Source: Fimicolochytrium jonesii
Taxonomy: Eukaryota
Assembly: GCF_025526975.1 (NCBI RefSeq)
Contig: NW_026515680.1
Location: forward strand, 310,001-374,000
Length of the DNA stretch: 64,000 nucleotides
Direction of reading: 5' to 3'
Below, piece after piece: positions 37,301 through 49,223 of the stretch (the stretch's first letter is position 1; each line of letters begins with the position of its first letter). A program made the position numbers and the translations under genes. The notes under the pieces are model-generated. The model was not told where the DNA came from. It saw only the letters and a list, made by a program, of their open reading frames with translations, and made no database searches.

Positions 37301-37730
37301 AGACGAGATCGACGGGTTGACGGCGAGTGTCGCAAACGCTGCTGTTGAAATAGTGTCCATCCCACGACGCGATTTCGCAGCCGTCTCGTAATCATCAAGT
37401 CCGCTCGTCTCCCGCCATAGATATCCATCACTTCACGCATTCCAGAGATGCGACCGCTGTTGCATGCCACCGACGATGCCTTCTCGCTTGGGCTCTCGTA
37501 CGATCCTACAATCGCTCACCACTAACACATATCGGTGGTCCGAGACTACCAGCCCATCACTAACGCACCTTCTCTGCAGTGACAGGATCCACCGCCAATC
37601 GCACTTTCCCATACGTCCCTTGTCCAATCGTCCGCTCAATCCGCCATCGTCCAACAAATTTTCCCACTTCCACACCTTCAGCCGCCCGCGGCTGCTGTCC
37701 GGTCGTCGTAGGGGATACTGCGGTGCTCAT
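34315..37730 (-). CDS. KIN1: Kin1/MARK (AMPK-related) Ser/Thr kinase with C-terminal KA1 domain
   Basis: [47 protein letters not shown] and [14 protein letters not shown]1 end [27 protein letters not shown]. Confidence 0.88.
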
Positions 37731-38406
37731 GATTGGTCTGAACCGCGCGCTTGGCGTTTATGAGCCGACAAAGCCGTGGAATGTAGATTAAGGGACGGTA
37801 AGAGTTGATGCATGTGCAATAGTAGCTACTGAGAATATTGGAATGTCCAGTAGCGTGACAGGCTGTGTTAATGTGTTCCCGAGACTGTTGAAGAATTTAG
37901 GTAGATCTTTGAGATTGGAATATCTGATGTGGTTACCTAATTCCGACCGTGCAACTGTCTGCAAGCAATGATCTCGTACTTACATGGAATGCGGAGGATA
38001 GCCCATACAGCACTCAAAACAAGGTTTTCTGACGCTCTGTCGTGTTGATGACAAAGCCGCGGGGCAGGCCCAGGGTTGAGCCGGTTATCGGTTTTAAGGT
38101 GTAACTTACCCGTCTCCGTCAGCTGTGATGGCGGTGCAAGCGCGCACGGCTGCTGTTCATACTACGGACACTCCGACACGCTCACGACAGCGACCACAGC
38201 ACAGGAACGCCACGGCATTTGAAGAGCAAAGAATGGTATATGTATTTTGTGTAAGGTCTAGTCTCTTACAATCTATTGAGAACATTCCTATGCACAATCT
38301 CGATCACTTCTAAGCGAATGAGGTCCCACGGCCGAAAGTACTACGGCCGATAACAATGAACTAGGACAAGAGAAAAACAAACGGGGTCCATGGTATCTCT
38401 ACAATC

Positions 38407-39447
38407 TCAGATCAACAACAGGGCGCTGACGACGCCGAAGCCAATGCTGGCAGCCGCAGCAACCAACTTGGTTTCACCGCTGACGGGTTCATCCTGGTGT
38501 GCGGGAGCGGTGACGACAATGGTCTCGATGGTCTCACCAGTGGAAGTAGATACGGGCTCCTCGACGACGGTCGTGGGCTTGTTGACAATGGTAGTAGGCT
38601 CCTCGACGATAGTAGTGGGCTCTTCGACGACGGTAGTGGGCTCGTTGACGATGGTAGTGGGCTCCTCGACTATAGTAGTGGGCACCTCGACGATAGTAGT
38701 GGGCTCTTCGACGACGGTAGTGGGCTCTCCGACGACGGTTGTGGGCTCCTCGACGACGGTAGTGGGCTCCTCGACGACGGTAGTGGGCTCCTCAACGACG
38801 GTAGTAGGCTCTCCGACGGCGGTAGTGGGCTCTCCGACGGCGGTAGTGGGCTCTTCGACGGCAGTCGTCGTAGGTTTCTGGACCGGGGCATCCTTGTGCC
38901 AGCCGAGACGCGCAAATTGCGAGCTCAAGTCAGCGAAGCGGCCGCTGGGCAAGCAGGCGCACCCCGCGATGGAAGGTCCATTTACCCTTTCATCTCTGAT
39001 GCTCCATCCTTGCTGCGGACATGCGGCTGCACAGGCGTTCTCAACGGCCTTAATGAACCCTTCAGGCGCATGCAACGCGGAGGTCACGTCAAACATGGGC
39101 ACATCGTGGATTGCGTGGTTGGTTTTGATTTGCTTCCCATCGCAAGCGACACAGTAACCCATGCGGTGTGTAACGGTTTCACCTCCCTGCTTCTGCGTGG
39201 CCCATCCGCAGTCGTAATCTTCAAGCGTACGGGTTTCACACTGCACGGCGGCTTGGAGCTCACCGCAGTTGTTGTTGTAGCTGATACATTGTGCGTCGTC
39301 ACGGCGATCAAGGGCTAAAGAGGCGATGAATGTGAGATATTGACAGTGCATTTGAACAAGAAGAGATTTATCAAACCTACCGGCAGCGTTGGCGTAGGTG
39401 GCCAAACCAACCAAGCCGAGGGTGATGGACTTCAAGTTGAGAAGCAT
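38407..39447 (-). CDS. Secreted Cys-rich protein with Thr/Glu/Pro heptad-repeat stalk and probable GPI-anchor signal (cell-surface or adhesin-like)
   Basis: Signal peptide MLLNLKSITLGLVGLATYANA, 66-nt intron at 39315-39380, a domain with 10 Cys, ~15 xxEPTT repeats, and hydrophobic C-terminus VAAAASIGFGVVSALLLI. Confidence 0.85.
   Translation of the reverse strand: MLLNLKSITLGLVGLATYANAAGRFDKSLLVQMHCQYLTFIASLALDRRDDAQCISYNNNCGELQAAVQCETRTLEDYDCGWATQKQGGETVTHRMGYCVACDGKQIKTNHAIHDVPMFDVTSALHAPEGFIKAVENACAAACPQQGWSIRDERVNGPSIAGCACLPSGRFADLSSQFARLGWHKDAPVQKPTTTAVEEPTTAVGEPTTAVGEPTTVVEEPTTVVEEPTTVVEEPTTVVGEPTTVVEEPTTIVEVPTTIVEEPTTIVNEPTTVVEEPTTIVEEPTTIVNKPTTVVEEPVSTSTGETIETIVVTAPAHQDEPVSGETKLVAAAASIGFGVVSALLLI
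38553..38865 (-). repeat. Coding minisatellite, 21-bp unit, ~15 copies (consensus VVEEPTT)
   Basis: Tandem gggctc(c/t)tcgacgacggtagt units on the + strand. Confidence 0.95.
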
Positions 39448-40632
39448 GGTTGAGGCTTCAAAATTGAACTTGAGTGCGAATGCGGCTTGATGTGGCCGGT
39501 GGGGCTGTGCGATGCTCCCGGCACTTAAATAGGGCGGGGCCGGCCTCTGCGGTGTGTTGCGGTTCCTCAGCGGCATCGTAGCTCGTTCCTTCCTGTGTAG
39601 CCAGCTAGCTAGCTAGCCCACCGTACATGCCATTGTTGGGAGTCGTCGAACGGCATAGCTTGCCCAAAGAATTTTACATGGACGTGAAGTAAATTGACTT
39701 TTCGGCGGTCGAGCGGCCAGTTGTACCGATATACCATTGAATGCGGCTATAGAGCGGCCAGTTGTATATACACGACAAGTTGCACGACGCCCACTGGCAT
39801 TGTTATATTAGTCTGAGAGATGGGCGTCGGGAATTGAGAATTTCACTGCTTTTCTTTTTGATCCGCGCTTTCGGTTCAAGCTTCACGTGCCCGGCACCTG
39901 GTAACATTGCTTTACCATGGATATGGACCGCGCTAACGGGTTCTGGCCCAGCGTGAAATGGCATAGACCGCACATAGGTATTTCTAATTTTCGTTGATCT
40001 TCGCAAGACTTGAATCGGAGAAGAACGTTTCTTCTGGCGACGGTGCACCGCATCGGCACTAGATATCTGCGGCGAAACGGTCAGAACGGCCATGTCAGGC
40101 CTGGCGGACCACATGGAAAGTCTCCTTAGGTAGTTCAACCGTATTTGACCTCAAATGGTGTGAACTCCGAAGTGAAGACCGGCCTTGCTTCTTTCGAAAG
40201 CCGCGGGCCGCCTCGGCAACACTTTAGTACTGGCGGTAAACTTCCCGATGAAATAAACTTTGAGCGTCATGCCAGACGTAAAGCCGTAAGTTGTTTAACC
40301 ACACAGTTGACCGTCAAGCTGTGATGAAGTTCGAAATGAAGAACGGCCTTCCTGCCTTCGAAAACGGCGCGCCGCATCGGGAATCTGCGGCGAACTGGCT
40401 CATAACGCTCGTTAATAAGAAAAAAAAAGATATCCTGCATCGTGGGGTGCCATCTTAGCTTTCGGAGGTGGGTCATGAATAGCAGAGCCTCACAGGAAGG
40501 ACGCTTATTTACTGCGGCATACCGCAAGTGGAATATTGTATTAGACTGAAGAATAGCATCGTCTCGCTAGCTCAAATTGCAATTCGCCCTTGAAAGTTTA
40601 GGGTGTCAAGTAGGAAACGCCCGTGAGGTCAA

Positions 40633-41493
40633 TCAAGTCGTACGGCGCGCGGGCTTGTTCTCGGATTCGGCCGTGACGGAGGAGGAGATGTCGGCAATCG
40701 CCGCCACAACAACGCCCGTCCACCCAACGCCGTCCCCTACATAGCCTAGCCCGACCACTTGCGGAAACACTTTTATGAGAACAACGAGCATGAACAACTT
40801 GATGATGACCGTTAGAAAATGTCTCGCCTTTCCGTTCGGAATGCCCGTTTGCCGGGGGTTGCGAGGGTGGATGCCCATTAAAGGGAGGATGTGCAACATC
40901 GTCGTAAAGCAAATCCCAGCGGTGGAATGCGCCATTGTGTAAGCCATCACATCTTCACCCTCTTCGGGATTTCTGCGTTGGCGGAGTTCCTCGGCCGATG
41001 TGATGGGAGTGTCCGGGAGACGAATCGGCCCGCCTGCATCCGTTGTGCTAGGGCTAGTAATGCCCACGCTAGTCATGTTTGGCGTGCGACCCCTGCGCGA
41101 GAAGTTTCCCAGATTCAAATCATCGGCCGCTCTTTGAGTTCGTTCCACGCAAAGATACACTATCCAGATAGTCGAGACTAACAGGCAGAACGCCATACAT
41201 GCGAGAAGTTCGACTCCAGCCAACATGCATATTGTCATCCAGTAAACCTTCGTGGCGGCGGCTGCATCTTGCCCGCGAGCTGCATCGCCCGTCGTCAAGG
41301 CCACTGGGTCCACGGTGTCCGTGGTCCCCACGGAATGCGCGTTGTTGTCTATGGCGAAAGCAAACGAGGGGGCGGGGACGCCGAAGACTCGTTCGTAGCG
41401 GGCCACGTCTGTTACCCGTAAGGCAGTTGCATATACCGCTAATGCTGCAATATTGGTTAACAGCGAGGAACAGTCTTGTTGTAGTTGTGACAT
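40633..41493 (-). CDS. Hypothetical multi-pass membrane protein, intronless, 286 aa
   Basis: ATG-initiated ORF with several hydrophobic segments (VYWMTICMLAGVELLACMAFCLLVSTIWIVYL, ICFTTMLHILPLMGI, FLTVIIKLFMLVVLIKVF). No family recognised. Confidence 0.55.
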   Translation of the reverse strand: MSQLQQDCSSLLTNIAALAVYATALRVTDVARYERVFGVPAPSFAFAIDNNAHSVGTTDTVDPVALTTGDAARGQDAAAATKVYWMTICMLAGVELLACMAFCLLVSTIWIVYLCVERTQRAADDLNLGNFSRRGRTPNMTSVGITSPSTTDAGGPIRLPDTPITSAEELRQRRNPEEGEDVMAYTMAHSTAGICFTTMLHILPLMGIHPRNPRQTGIPNGKARHFLTVIIKLFMLVVLIKVFPQVVGLGYVGDGVGWTGVVVAAIADISSSVTAESENKPARRTT

Positions 41494-41659
41494 GTTTGCG
41501 ATAGGGACAGGCGACGCTTGAGTCGCTCTTCGAGTTCAGCGTGAAGTCGATGAACCTTGGGCCACGCCGAAGCCCAGATATGGCCCAGGTTCCAGCCTTT
41601 CTGCGTTCTCAACGGGGTTTCGTTTAGCAGTGCTGCACGGAACAAACGCGAGAAGTTGA

Positions 41660-41667
41660 TATAAAAA
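41660..41667 (+). promoter_or_regulatory. Canonical TATA box upstream of the Dabb gene
   Basis: TATAAAAG about 160 nt upstream of the ATG at 41821. Confidence 0.5.
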
Positions 41668-41820
41668 GAGGGCAAGATGCCCATGTTCAACGGGGAAGAC
41701 GGGAGAGCGCAGCGGCGTTTACGCGTGAGTCGTGACAAACCGAGACTTGCTTCTCACATAACCGCCAAGTGAACTTCCATCGTTCCAACCCACCAGCCAT
41801 CGTCAATCGCTTTCACAACC

Positions 41821-42678
41821 ATGTCTTCCACTGTCAGAACCATTGTTCACGTCGGTGAGTGACTCTGCGCTGGACGACCACGCCACCACTGAGCTGGATT
41901 AAAGAGCGCACCACACCGCCCACCAACGTGCCTGACGGGCGACCTTTACCCGTCTATGTTAAGGTTACGGTTGGAGGAAAGGTCAATGACTAACTGGTAC
42001 ACTTCCAACCTATACAAAGTTCTCTTCAAGCTGAAGCCCTCAGCGAACGCGGGGGAGTTCGAGTCCAGGATGGCGAAGCTTGCCGATCTGCCTACCGTTC
42101 AGAAGGTATCTTCACGCGCTACTCGCAAAAGACGATCTTGCACACACTATGTCCCCTGAACCCTCTTCTCCCTCTTGCCTCCTCCATAAACAGCTTTCAT
42201 CCGGGCCCACCTTCAATACGCAGCGCGCGCAGGGTTTTACACATGGTGAGACGCTGTGCCTGCCATCCCCCGCGAAATCTCGGTAGAAGGAGGCAAGATG
42301 TCGTGAATGGGTTCTGATGCAGATTTCTGTGCGCTTTGCCTTCCAAATGACCAGTGCTGGTCGTCGATTTTGCCGATAAGGACGTACGTATGGTAGACAT
42401 GGTAGATTGCAGCGGGAGTGGGCTGGAAAAATCAGAGAGGGAGCGGCGTGAGGCAACTCCAGGTTTCTGACGAATTGCAATCTTCTCACGACGTGGACAC
42501 AGGGTCTTGAGAAGTACAGCGTGCATGGAGATCACTGTAAGTTCCAAGTGCTCCTTCGCGCCGAAGAAGACACATGACATGTTTCTTACCAAATGCAATA
42601 AATGCAGTGAAGTTCGTGGACTATGTCAAAGAGACTGTCGAACCAGGAGGCATACTTGCTGTGGACATTGAGAAGTAG
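41821..42678 (+). CDS. Stress-responsive dimeric alpha/beta barrel (Dabb) protein, 101 aa, 6 exons
   Basis: Exons 41821-41854, 42020-42105, 42194-42245, 42355-42383, 42503-42536 and 42608-42678 give MSSTVRTIVHVVLFKLKPSANAGEFESRMAKLADLPTVQKLSSGPTFNTQRAQGFTHVLVVDFADKDGLEKYSVHGDHLKFVDYVKETVEPGGILAVDIEK. Confidence 0.9.
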
Positions 42679-42890
42679 CAGCGGCAATGCTAGTTGAGCT
42701 GGCCATATCATAGACCATCAGGTAGCCTGTTAGCCCGTTGGTGGAGGGTTTTCGAGGGGTCCGGCGTAAAAGGAAAAAGTACCAATCCGATGCAGAATCT
42801 CATCACACATGAGATAGAATGATATAGATATAAGATCAATTCCGTCCGTCCACCCGGGTCGCTATTGTATGCAAATCACAGTCACTCGCT

Positions 42891-45800
42891 TCATAGCGAC
42901 TGAGAAATCGTAGTTTCAACCTCAATCCCCAACTCCCTGCCTACTCGTCTTAAACACGACCTGACCGACGCAATCACCGCTGTCGCGTCTTCTATCGAGT
43001 CCACATTCTTCGGTGGACCGTGTTTGGCGAGCACCTCGATTAGATCGCAGAGAAGTGGGTAAAGGGCAAACAGATGAGCGGATCTTCCGCTGAGAATGTG
43101 TGATCGTAGTGGGTCTGTTTTGGTGGCAGAAATGGATATCAGCAGCGCGTCTTCCATAAGAAAATCGTCGTTGGTTGAATGACTTACGAAGCTTGTCTTC
43201 ACCGAGATACCGCACAAGCGCTCCGGGCCTGATATCCAGTGCCTCCAGACTCTGCATCACCGCAATGATCTCTTCATCGCGCACTCTCGGCAATGGCAAT
43301 TGCCCGTACGTCCTCTTGTCGCCCGCATAAGAAACAATAACGTTCCTGCATTTGGTAAGCAGCACTGGGCCTACAACTTCGGCGATGCGGTTCTTGATCG
43401 CTACGTCTCCTATGGTTGAACAAAAGGTTCATGAGTCCTTGAAAGCATCAAAGTAAAGAGCGCAAAGGACCTCGTACCATCAGTCGAATCAGCAGCCAGC
43501 CTGAATACGGTATCCAGACAGGTTTTCGCAAACTGCTCTCGTCTCACAGGCACAACGTCACTGCCCAACGCATGCTGACTTGCCTGCTCAAACGAAGGGA
43601 CCCCAGCAATCTTCGCAATCGCTTCCGGTCGTGTCGCCACACTGGCTCGTTGCGAGGGACTAGTTGATAGGAGCCCGTTCAATATCGTGCCATCCGGTTC
43701 GTCTTGGTACTTATTGTACCCATGCGCCTCCAACTGAGAGGTATATCTCCGGGACCCGTTTCCGATTATGTCTACCAGACGGATCAGAACGGCTTCTGGA
43801 ACGTGGGGTTGCCCAAATTGATGGAATATGTCGCTTTCAAGAGTGGTGAGAACGAAAATGTCAAAGGCCTCATCCGCCGAAAGTTCCTCGGGAGAAAGGG
43901 ATGCAAGCGGTTCGCTGCTGTTCAAGTGTGGGTTAGCAATTTATGCATACGCGGATGTTCTCAATAAGCCAAAGCCTCACCTGGTAGGCAGCAGAGTGCC
44001 TTCTAGTGTGTTCAAAAGCTTCATGTATATGCCTAATAGGACATCCTGGGGCAAATCTAGATGCGCGCTCGAGTTGAGTACGCCGACCAAATCGAAATCA
44101 TTTTCTGAGCTAGCGCGGTCACTGACCTGCAACAAACTCATTCAAATTCAGGAGGCCGACACGGATAATCGTCATGCAAGTGTTGGCAGCATATCTCCAC
44201 AATGGCGTCGTGTCCTTATTCCCCGGATTAGGGCAGTCATATTTCGCTTTCATGGGCACACCCAACGCCTCAATGACGTCGACAAACGGGCCTGATGAGT
44301 AAACCGCTTTGATTCGTCCGTACCGCTCAAACAGCTCAACAAGATGCTGCATGCTCTTCTTTGCAAAGGCCATGTAGGTGAAACCTCGCTCTTGTGCAGC
44401 GGTCGTTGGGGTGGATACGGCAGGTTGTCGATCAGAGACGGTTGCCGGGCCTGGGCTCCGCGCACTGTCGGCGGCACGACGAGCGAATGGTAGCCTGATG
44501 AATCCTGCTACTGTCGTAAGGAGCAACTCGGGCGCTCCTGGGATGCTATCTATAAGGAGCAACTCGGGCGCTCCTGGGATGCTATCTATATCGAGTTTTC
44601 CTCCAACTACCAGATCGAGAACCGCAACTTGCAATGGCGTTGGGTGATCGAGATCGTTGATGTAGTCGGCGCGGATTCTACTTGCTGTCGCCCCTGCTTG
44701 AGGATTTGTGTGATAAAGCAGCAGGTTTGATACAATATTGAGTAACTGTCTCAACTCGAATAGTCCAAATGTGCCCTTGATGACATCGTATATATCCGCG
44801 AATAAGGAAATGAAAGCCGTAAGTGTGTCCTGCGTGAAGGAACCGTGGAGTGTGCTTGGGGTCGTCTTGCTAACCGCCGAGTTGTTGGGAGGTGTACTGC
44901 TCCCGGTTGCTATCAGACTTGCTTGGGCCAGGTTCTCATCTGCATTTGAGATGATGCCGTTTCCGATAGCCGCCCAAACATCCCATGCCACCCTCATCAG
45001 CTTTACGAGGTGACCCTGCACGTTATCAGGTACCAGTCCATTTGGTGGGTTCTTTGGGTACTGAACCAGGCTTCGCAGGCTCTTGACTGCTGCAATGGAT
45101 ACTTCCGGAGATGAATTGAGACACCAAGATTTGATGTAATCCAGGAACAGTGACCATGCCCGGTCGAAGCCATCGCCTAATTCGACAAGGACGTTCAGGA
45201 AATCGAACAGACACCGGGAGATTCCGGAGAGCGTGATGACTTTCGTCTCATCCCACTGCTTGGCGGTACTTGGGGATGCTGAATACGGTGTATCCGAAGA
45301 CGGCACGCTTGTCCGTCTCGCCGTTTCGTCTTCGCTAGACGCTTGCACTCTTTCCAATAACGGAAACAGGACGCTCCATATGCACTGTTCCCACGCTTGC
45401 AAGTTCAGCTTCGCGCCGTTCATACTCAGGGTTCGGAATAGGGACTGGTTTGCCGAGTTGCGAACTTCCGGTCTGGGATCTGAGCAAAGCTGCGACAGGT
45501 GGCCAAGCAACAACATCCAGAGTGCGTCCATCGTCTCTTTCGACAATGGCTCCTTTAGCGCGGCGATGCATGCGGATGTTGAGCGTTTTATACTTGATTG
45601 CGGTGGAGCTAGGCCTCCAACCGCGACGACCGGCGCCGACGTAGGCTGCTCCTGTTGCTCGTTTACTTCTTGAGGTTCCGGTGACGCCGTCTTCACTCGT
45701 TCCAGATCTTGCCGTCTAGTGAGAACGAAATCGCTCATAGACCACAGGAGACCGACCGCCGTCAAGCTGATGTTCAGGTCATCTGTTTGCGAACCAAAGT

Positions 45801-48800
45801 TTCCAAGAGCTTCGATACATTGATGCAGCACGGTTGGCTGCAAAAGCGAGAGGAAATCCGTGCAAATGAGTTGCAGACATGGGAAAGCGACTCGCACTAG
45901 ACCGGAAGCTTTCGGTATGGCGGCCTCGACTACCACAGCGGCCTGCGCTGTTTCGGTCTCGGTGACCGGCTTTGGGTCCTTTGTACGCGACTTCCGGATC
46001 CGAGAGCTGACAACGGCATGGATGACTTCCAGAATCAAAGGCCACCCCGCGCTGAGATGCTGCCCGCTCGTCTGGAGAATCTTATTTATAGTCTCCAAAC
46101 CGGACTTTTGCACCTCGACAAACCACGCGGTTTTTGAGGCCTTCTCTCTGTCCTCGTTGTCGTTCGTCGGACTGGCCAGAGCCGTAGTCCCCGGTTCCGT
46201 GAGAATCAGCTTGCGCAACGGTCCCAATAGTTTCAGCTCGACAGCATTATCATTGAAATCTGCGACCTGCACAGCAGCGAGTAATACATCGCTGAGGGTA
46301 AGACAGAGCTGCGTTCTGATCGGCCCCGTGCAAGCTGGGCTGTGAGCCAAATCGATCAATTCGAAAATGACAAAGTCCCACATAGCCAGGTCCTGTGATT
46401 TCATAAGCCGTCCAATGTTCAAGAGAATCACATCGTGCAGTTTTGCCACAGCGAACGATTTCTCTTCAGCGAGCTTCATCGAATCTTTCGTTGTCCCACC
46501 GGAGCCAGAAGCCGCTTGAGCTGCTCCTGCTGCAGTGGTCCGAGCCAGCGTGCAAAGGGCTCTCACAAACTCCAAGAGGTTGCGCTCGTCCATCACCGAT
46601 GTGCTCTCCATAAGCTTTTTGGCGGAGACCAGGAGCGTAACATATTGATTCTCCTGTCCACCAACAACAGTTTGAGTTTGTGGTACAATCGAGCCACTTC
46701 TCAAGCGTGTGTCTTTGGTGTCGCTTATCAACGACATCGAACTCGACTCCTTCTTCCCGGTTTTGCCCATCGTTATCAGCTTGTCCGCGACTTGAAGGGT
46801 TTCCAGTATTTGGTACCACGCCTTGTCCTCCAGCACGGTGGTGAGTGACTGAGCAACATTAATCAGAGCTCGGATGCACAGAACGTTGCGATCGGTGAGA
46901 ACGGCATTGCCCGGCCGGAACGCCGCCTGCGAGCCCGATGCATAGGAGCTCTGCGGCGACGCCATTTTGTCATATCCCCCACTCTCCGGAAAAGAGCCCT
47001 GCGGCAAACAGGATTTGCTGAGTGAAGCCAGAAATGCGTCCCGATGCGATGTCAATCCTAATAGCCCGACGACGGTCGTGATGTTCTGGTATGCTCTAAT
47101 CACCATCGCAAAGACATCGTCGTCGATGGAAGAGGTGACTAAGAAAGATAGAGCCGCTAGCGTGCCAGCCCACGACGCGTTTGCCATTTCGATAGCCATA
47201 ATAACATCGTCTTTATGTTCCGTTGGCGTATTGGCCTCGGCCAACAAGGGCAAAGTGAACTCTGCTTGGCTTTCGACTGTCCGGTTCATGCATTGAATCG
47301 CCAGATAAATGATGTAAGTTTCGGGGATAGATGGTGGTTCGGATTTGTCGAGCTGGTCCAAACTGATCGAACGAAGGGGTGAGTAAAAGCGAATGAAATC
47401 TCGCTCCAGATACACATGCGTACCATTGCAGTTTGATCTGAGCACCGGTGGCTGTCAGCGAGTGTTGTTGGTCTTCAGGTATCGATTCGAGCGTATCAGA
47501 ATTTGCAGTATGTGGTGGATGCAGTAGCAAAGCAGGCTTCTCTGCTACGATGATGCGACGAATGGCTGTTACCATCTCGTGGAAGACCTTCGTTGTATGC
47601 TCCTTCTGATCGTACGATCGGAAAATGAACCTGTCATCAGTAGACATGCTGTTAGCATTTGAGGGACACAGCACCTCAATGCGCTTGTAGAGTACCTGAG
47701 GAGGTCGGCATCGGCACATATGGATCTATACACCTCCATCACGAGAACTCTATGCCACAATGGCGCGTGATCCGGCTCCAAATGCCGGCAAAACATTGAT
47801 AGGAAGATCTCACATTCCATAACCTGTTGCGAAACGCTCAGTACCTAATTGTAACGGTAAGGGTACATTTCCTTCCCTTACCAATATGTCGTGATACTGC
47901 TTCAGAATAACTTGTACGACACGCATTAGACGGCAAGCCAAAGGGAAATCGACACGATCCGAGAAGGATTTGATGATGAGAGGACACACTCTTTCCTTCA
48001 AAAGATTCGCAAGTTCTACATGCTTCGGCAAATTGAGCGATTGAGCATCGGCGTCGATCTTCCCAGACCGTCCTGGCACTCACTTCTCGGAATAATCGCG
48101 GATGATGCACAATCACGGCCTCGAGGAGCTCGAGACCGAAAGTTTTCGGTAGGGACTGCAGAGACAGGAACGCGGCTGACTCACCACCCGTGAGCAGACA
48201 CAGGTCCTAGGGAGAGAAGATCAGGAACTACGTCATATGCAACCAAGGAGTCATCGCATGTACCTTGAAAAGCATACAAGCATCTTTCCCGGACTCGCTC
48301 AGAGGCGCATCAACGGGTGTAGCTTGCACTCCTAATGAGGTGGTGCGTAAGCGGGAGCCCCCCCGGCATCTAGATCGGAGATCCCATTCCCACCTGCTGC
48401 GAGGTTCTCGCTGGCAACCTTATCGAAAACCAGAGTAATCATCTGCCGCACTGTCGCTGCCGCCGTGTTGTTGACAATAGGCGATTTTGTTTCCTGCAAC
48501 CGGAAACACAACAGCAGTGCCTGGAGGGTTCGGGGTCGCAGATCAGCCTCCAACCCTTTCTCTCCACTCGTGTCTCCAATCCCACTCACATCCGCCACCA
48601 AAGATCCGTGTATCGACTTGTAGTTCGTCAGCAGTGGTATGATGGTCTGCAGGATCTTCAACTGCATATCAACACCGCTGCTGAGGAGATCTGAGAGCGT
48701 TCTCAAGACTAGACCTATAGATTCCTGCCCGCCCAAGCGTCAGTCCTGGCACCATTCATGACAGGCACATCCGTCCGGCATACCTCTGGTATCGCTTGAT

Positions 48801-49223
48801 GCGTTATGAGTCGTTGTAGACATGGCACGGCGATGTGCACAAGTTTCGGGTTCTTTGTCTCGCACGACATGATGAAAGGTTTTAACGCATCGTCCGTCTT
48901 TGCAAGCTCTGCTGACCCCGATTAGCCTCCACACTGATGATCCAGCATGACCGCGGTCGTCCCCACTACGCACCCACGGCCACATAGTCAACGTTGTCGG
49001 CCTGTTGCACATTCGGCCGTTCTTTTAGCGCACGTAGGATGTATAGAACACGTTCTGCTGCCTTTCCGCCCGGGACAAGAGTTTTCAGTATAGCCTATCA
49101 GAGCAGCGGCCAGCTTCTAACAGAGCCATTAGTATCCACCTCCTTGATCTCCGGGTTCTTTCGCTTGGCCTCGCTGGACAAGTTTAGCAGCTCGGTCTGC
49201 AGAAAACTCGCTAATATGCTCAT
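42891..49223 (-). CDS. MON2: Mon2/Ysl2 Golgi-endosome trafficking scaffold (Sec7-related, DCB/HUS/HDS domains)
   Basis: MSILASFLQTELLNLSSEAKRKNPEIKE, LQETKSPIVNNTAAATVRQ, FPCLQLICTDFLSLL, DLNISLTAVGLLW, DPRPEVRNSANQSLFRTL, KQWDETKV and RTYGQLPLPRVR. Confidence 0.95.
44517..44590. repeat. Perfect 36-bp tandem duplication inside a MON2 exon (IDSIPGAPELLL x2)
   Basis: taaggagcaactcgggcgctcctgggatgctatcta occurs twice, head to tail. Confidence 0.95.

Noticed and set aside
38390..39318. Long + strand ORFs (255 and 273 aa) and a CRISPR-like look of the 21-bp repeats
   Set aside because: These are antisense shadows of the coding minisatellite. The repeats are contiguous with no unique spacers and there are no cas genes.
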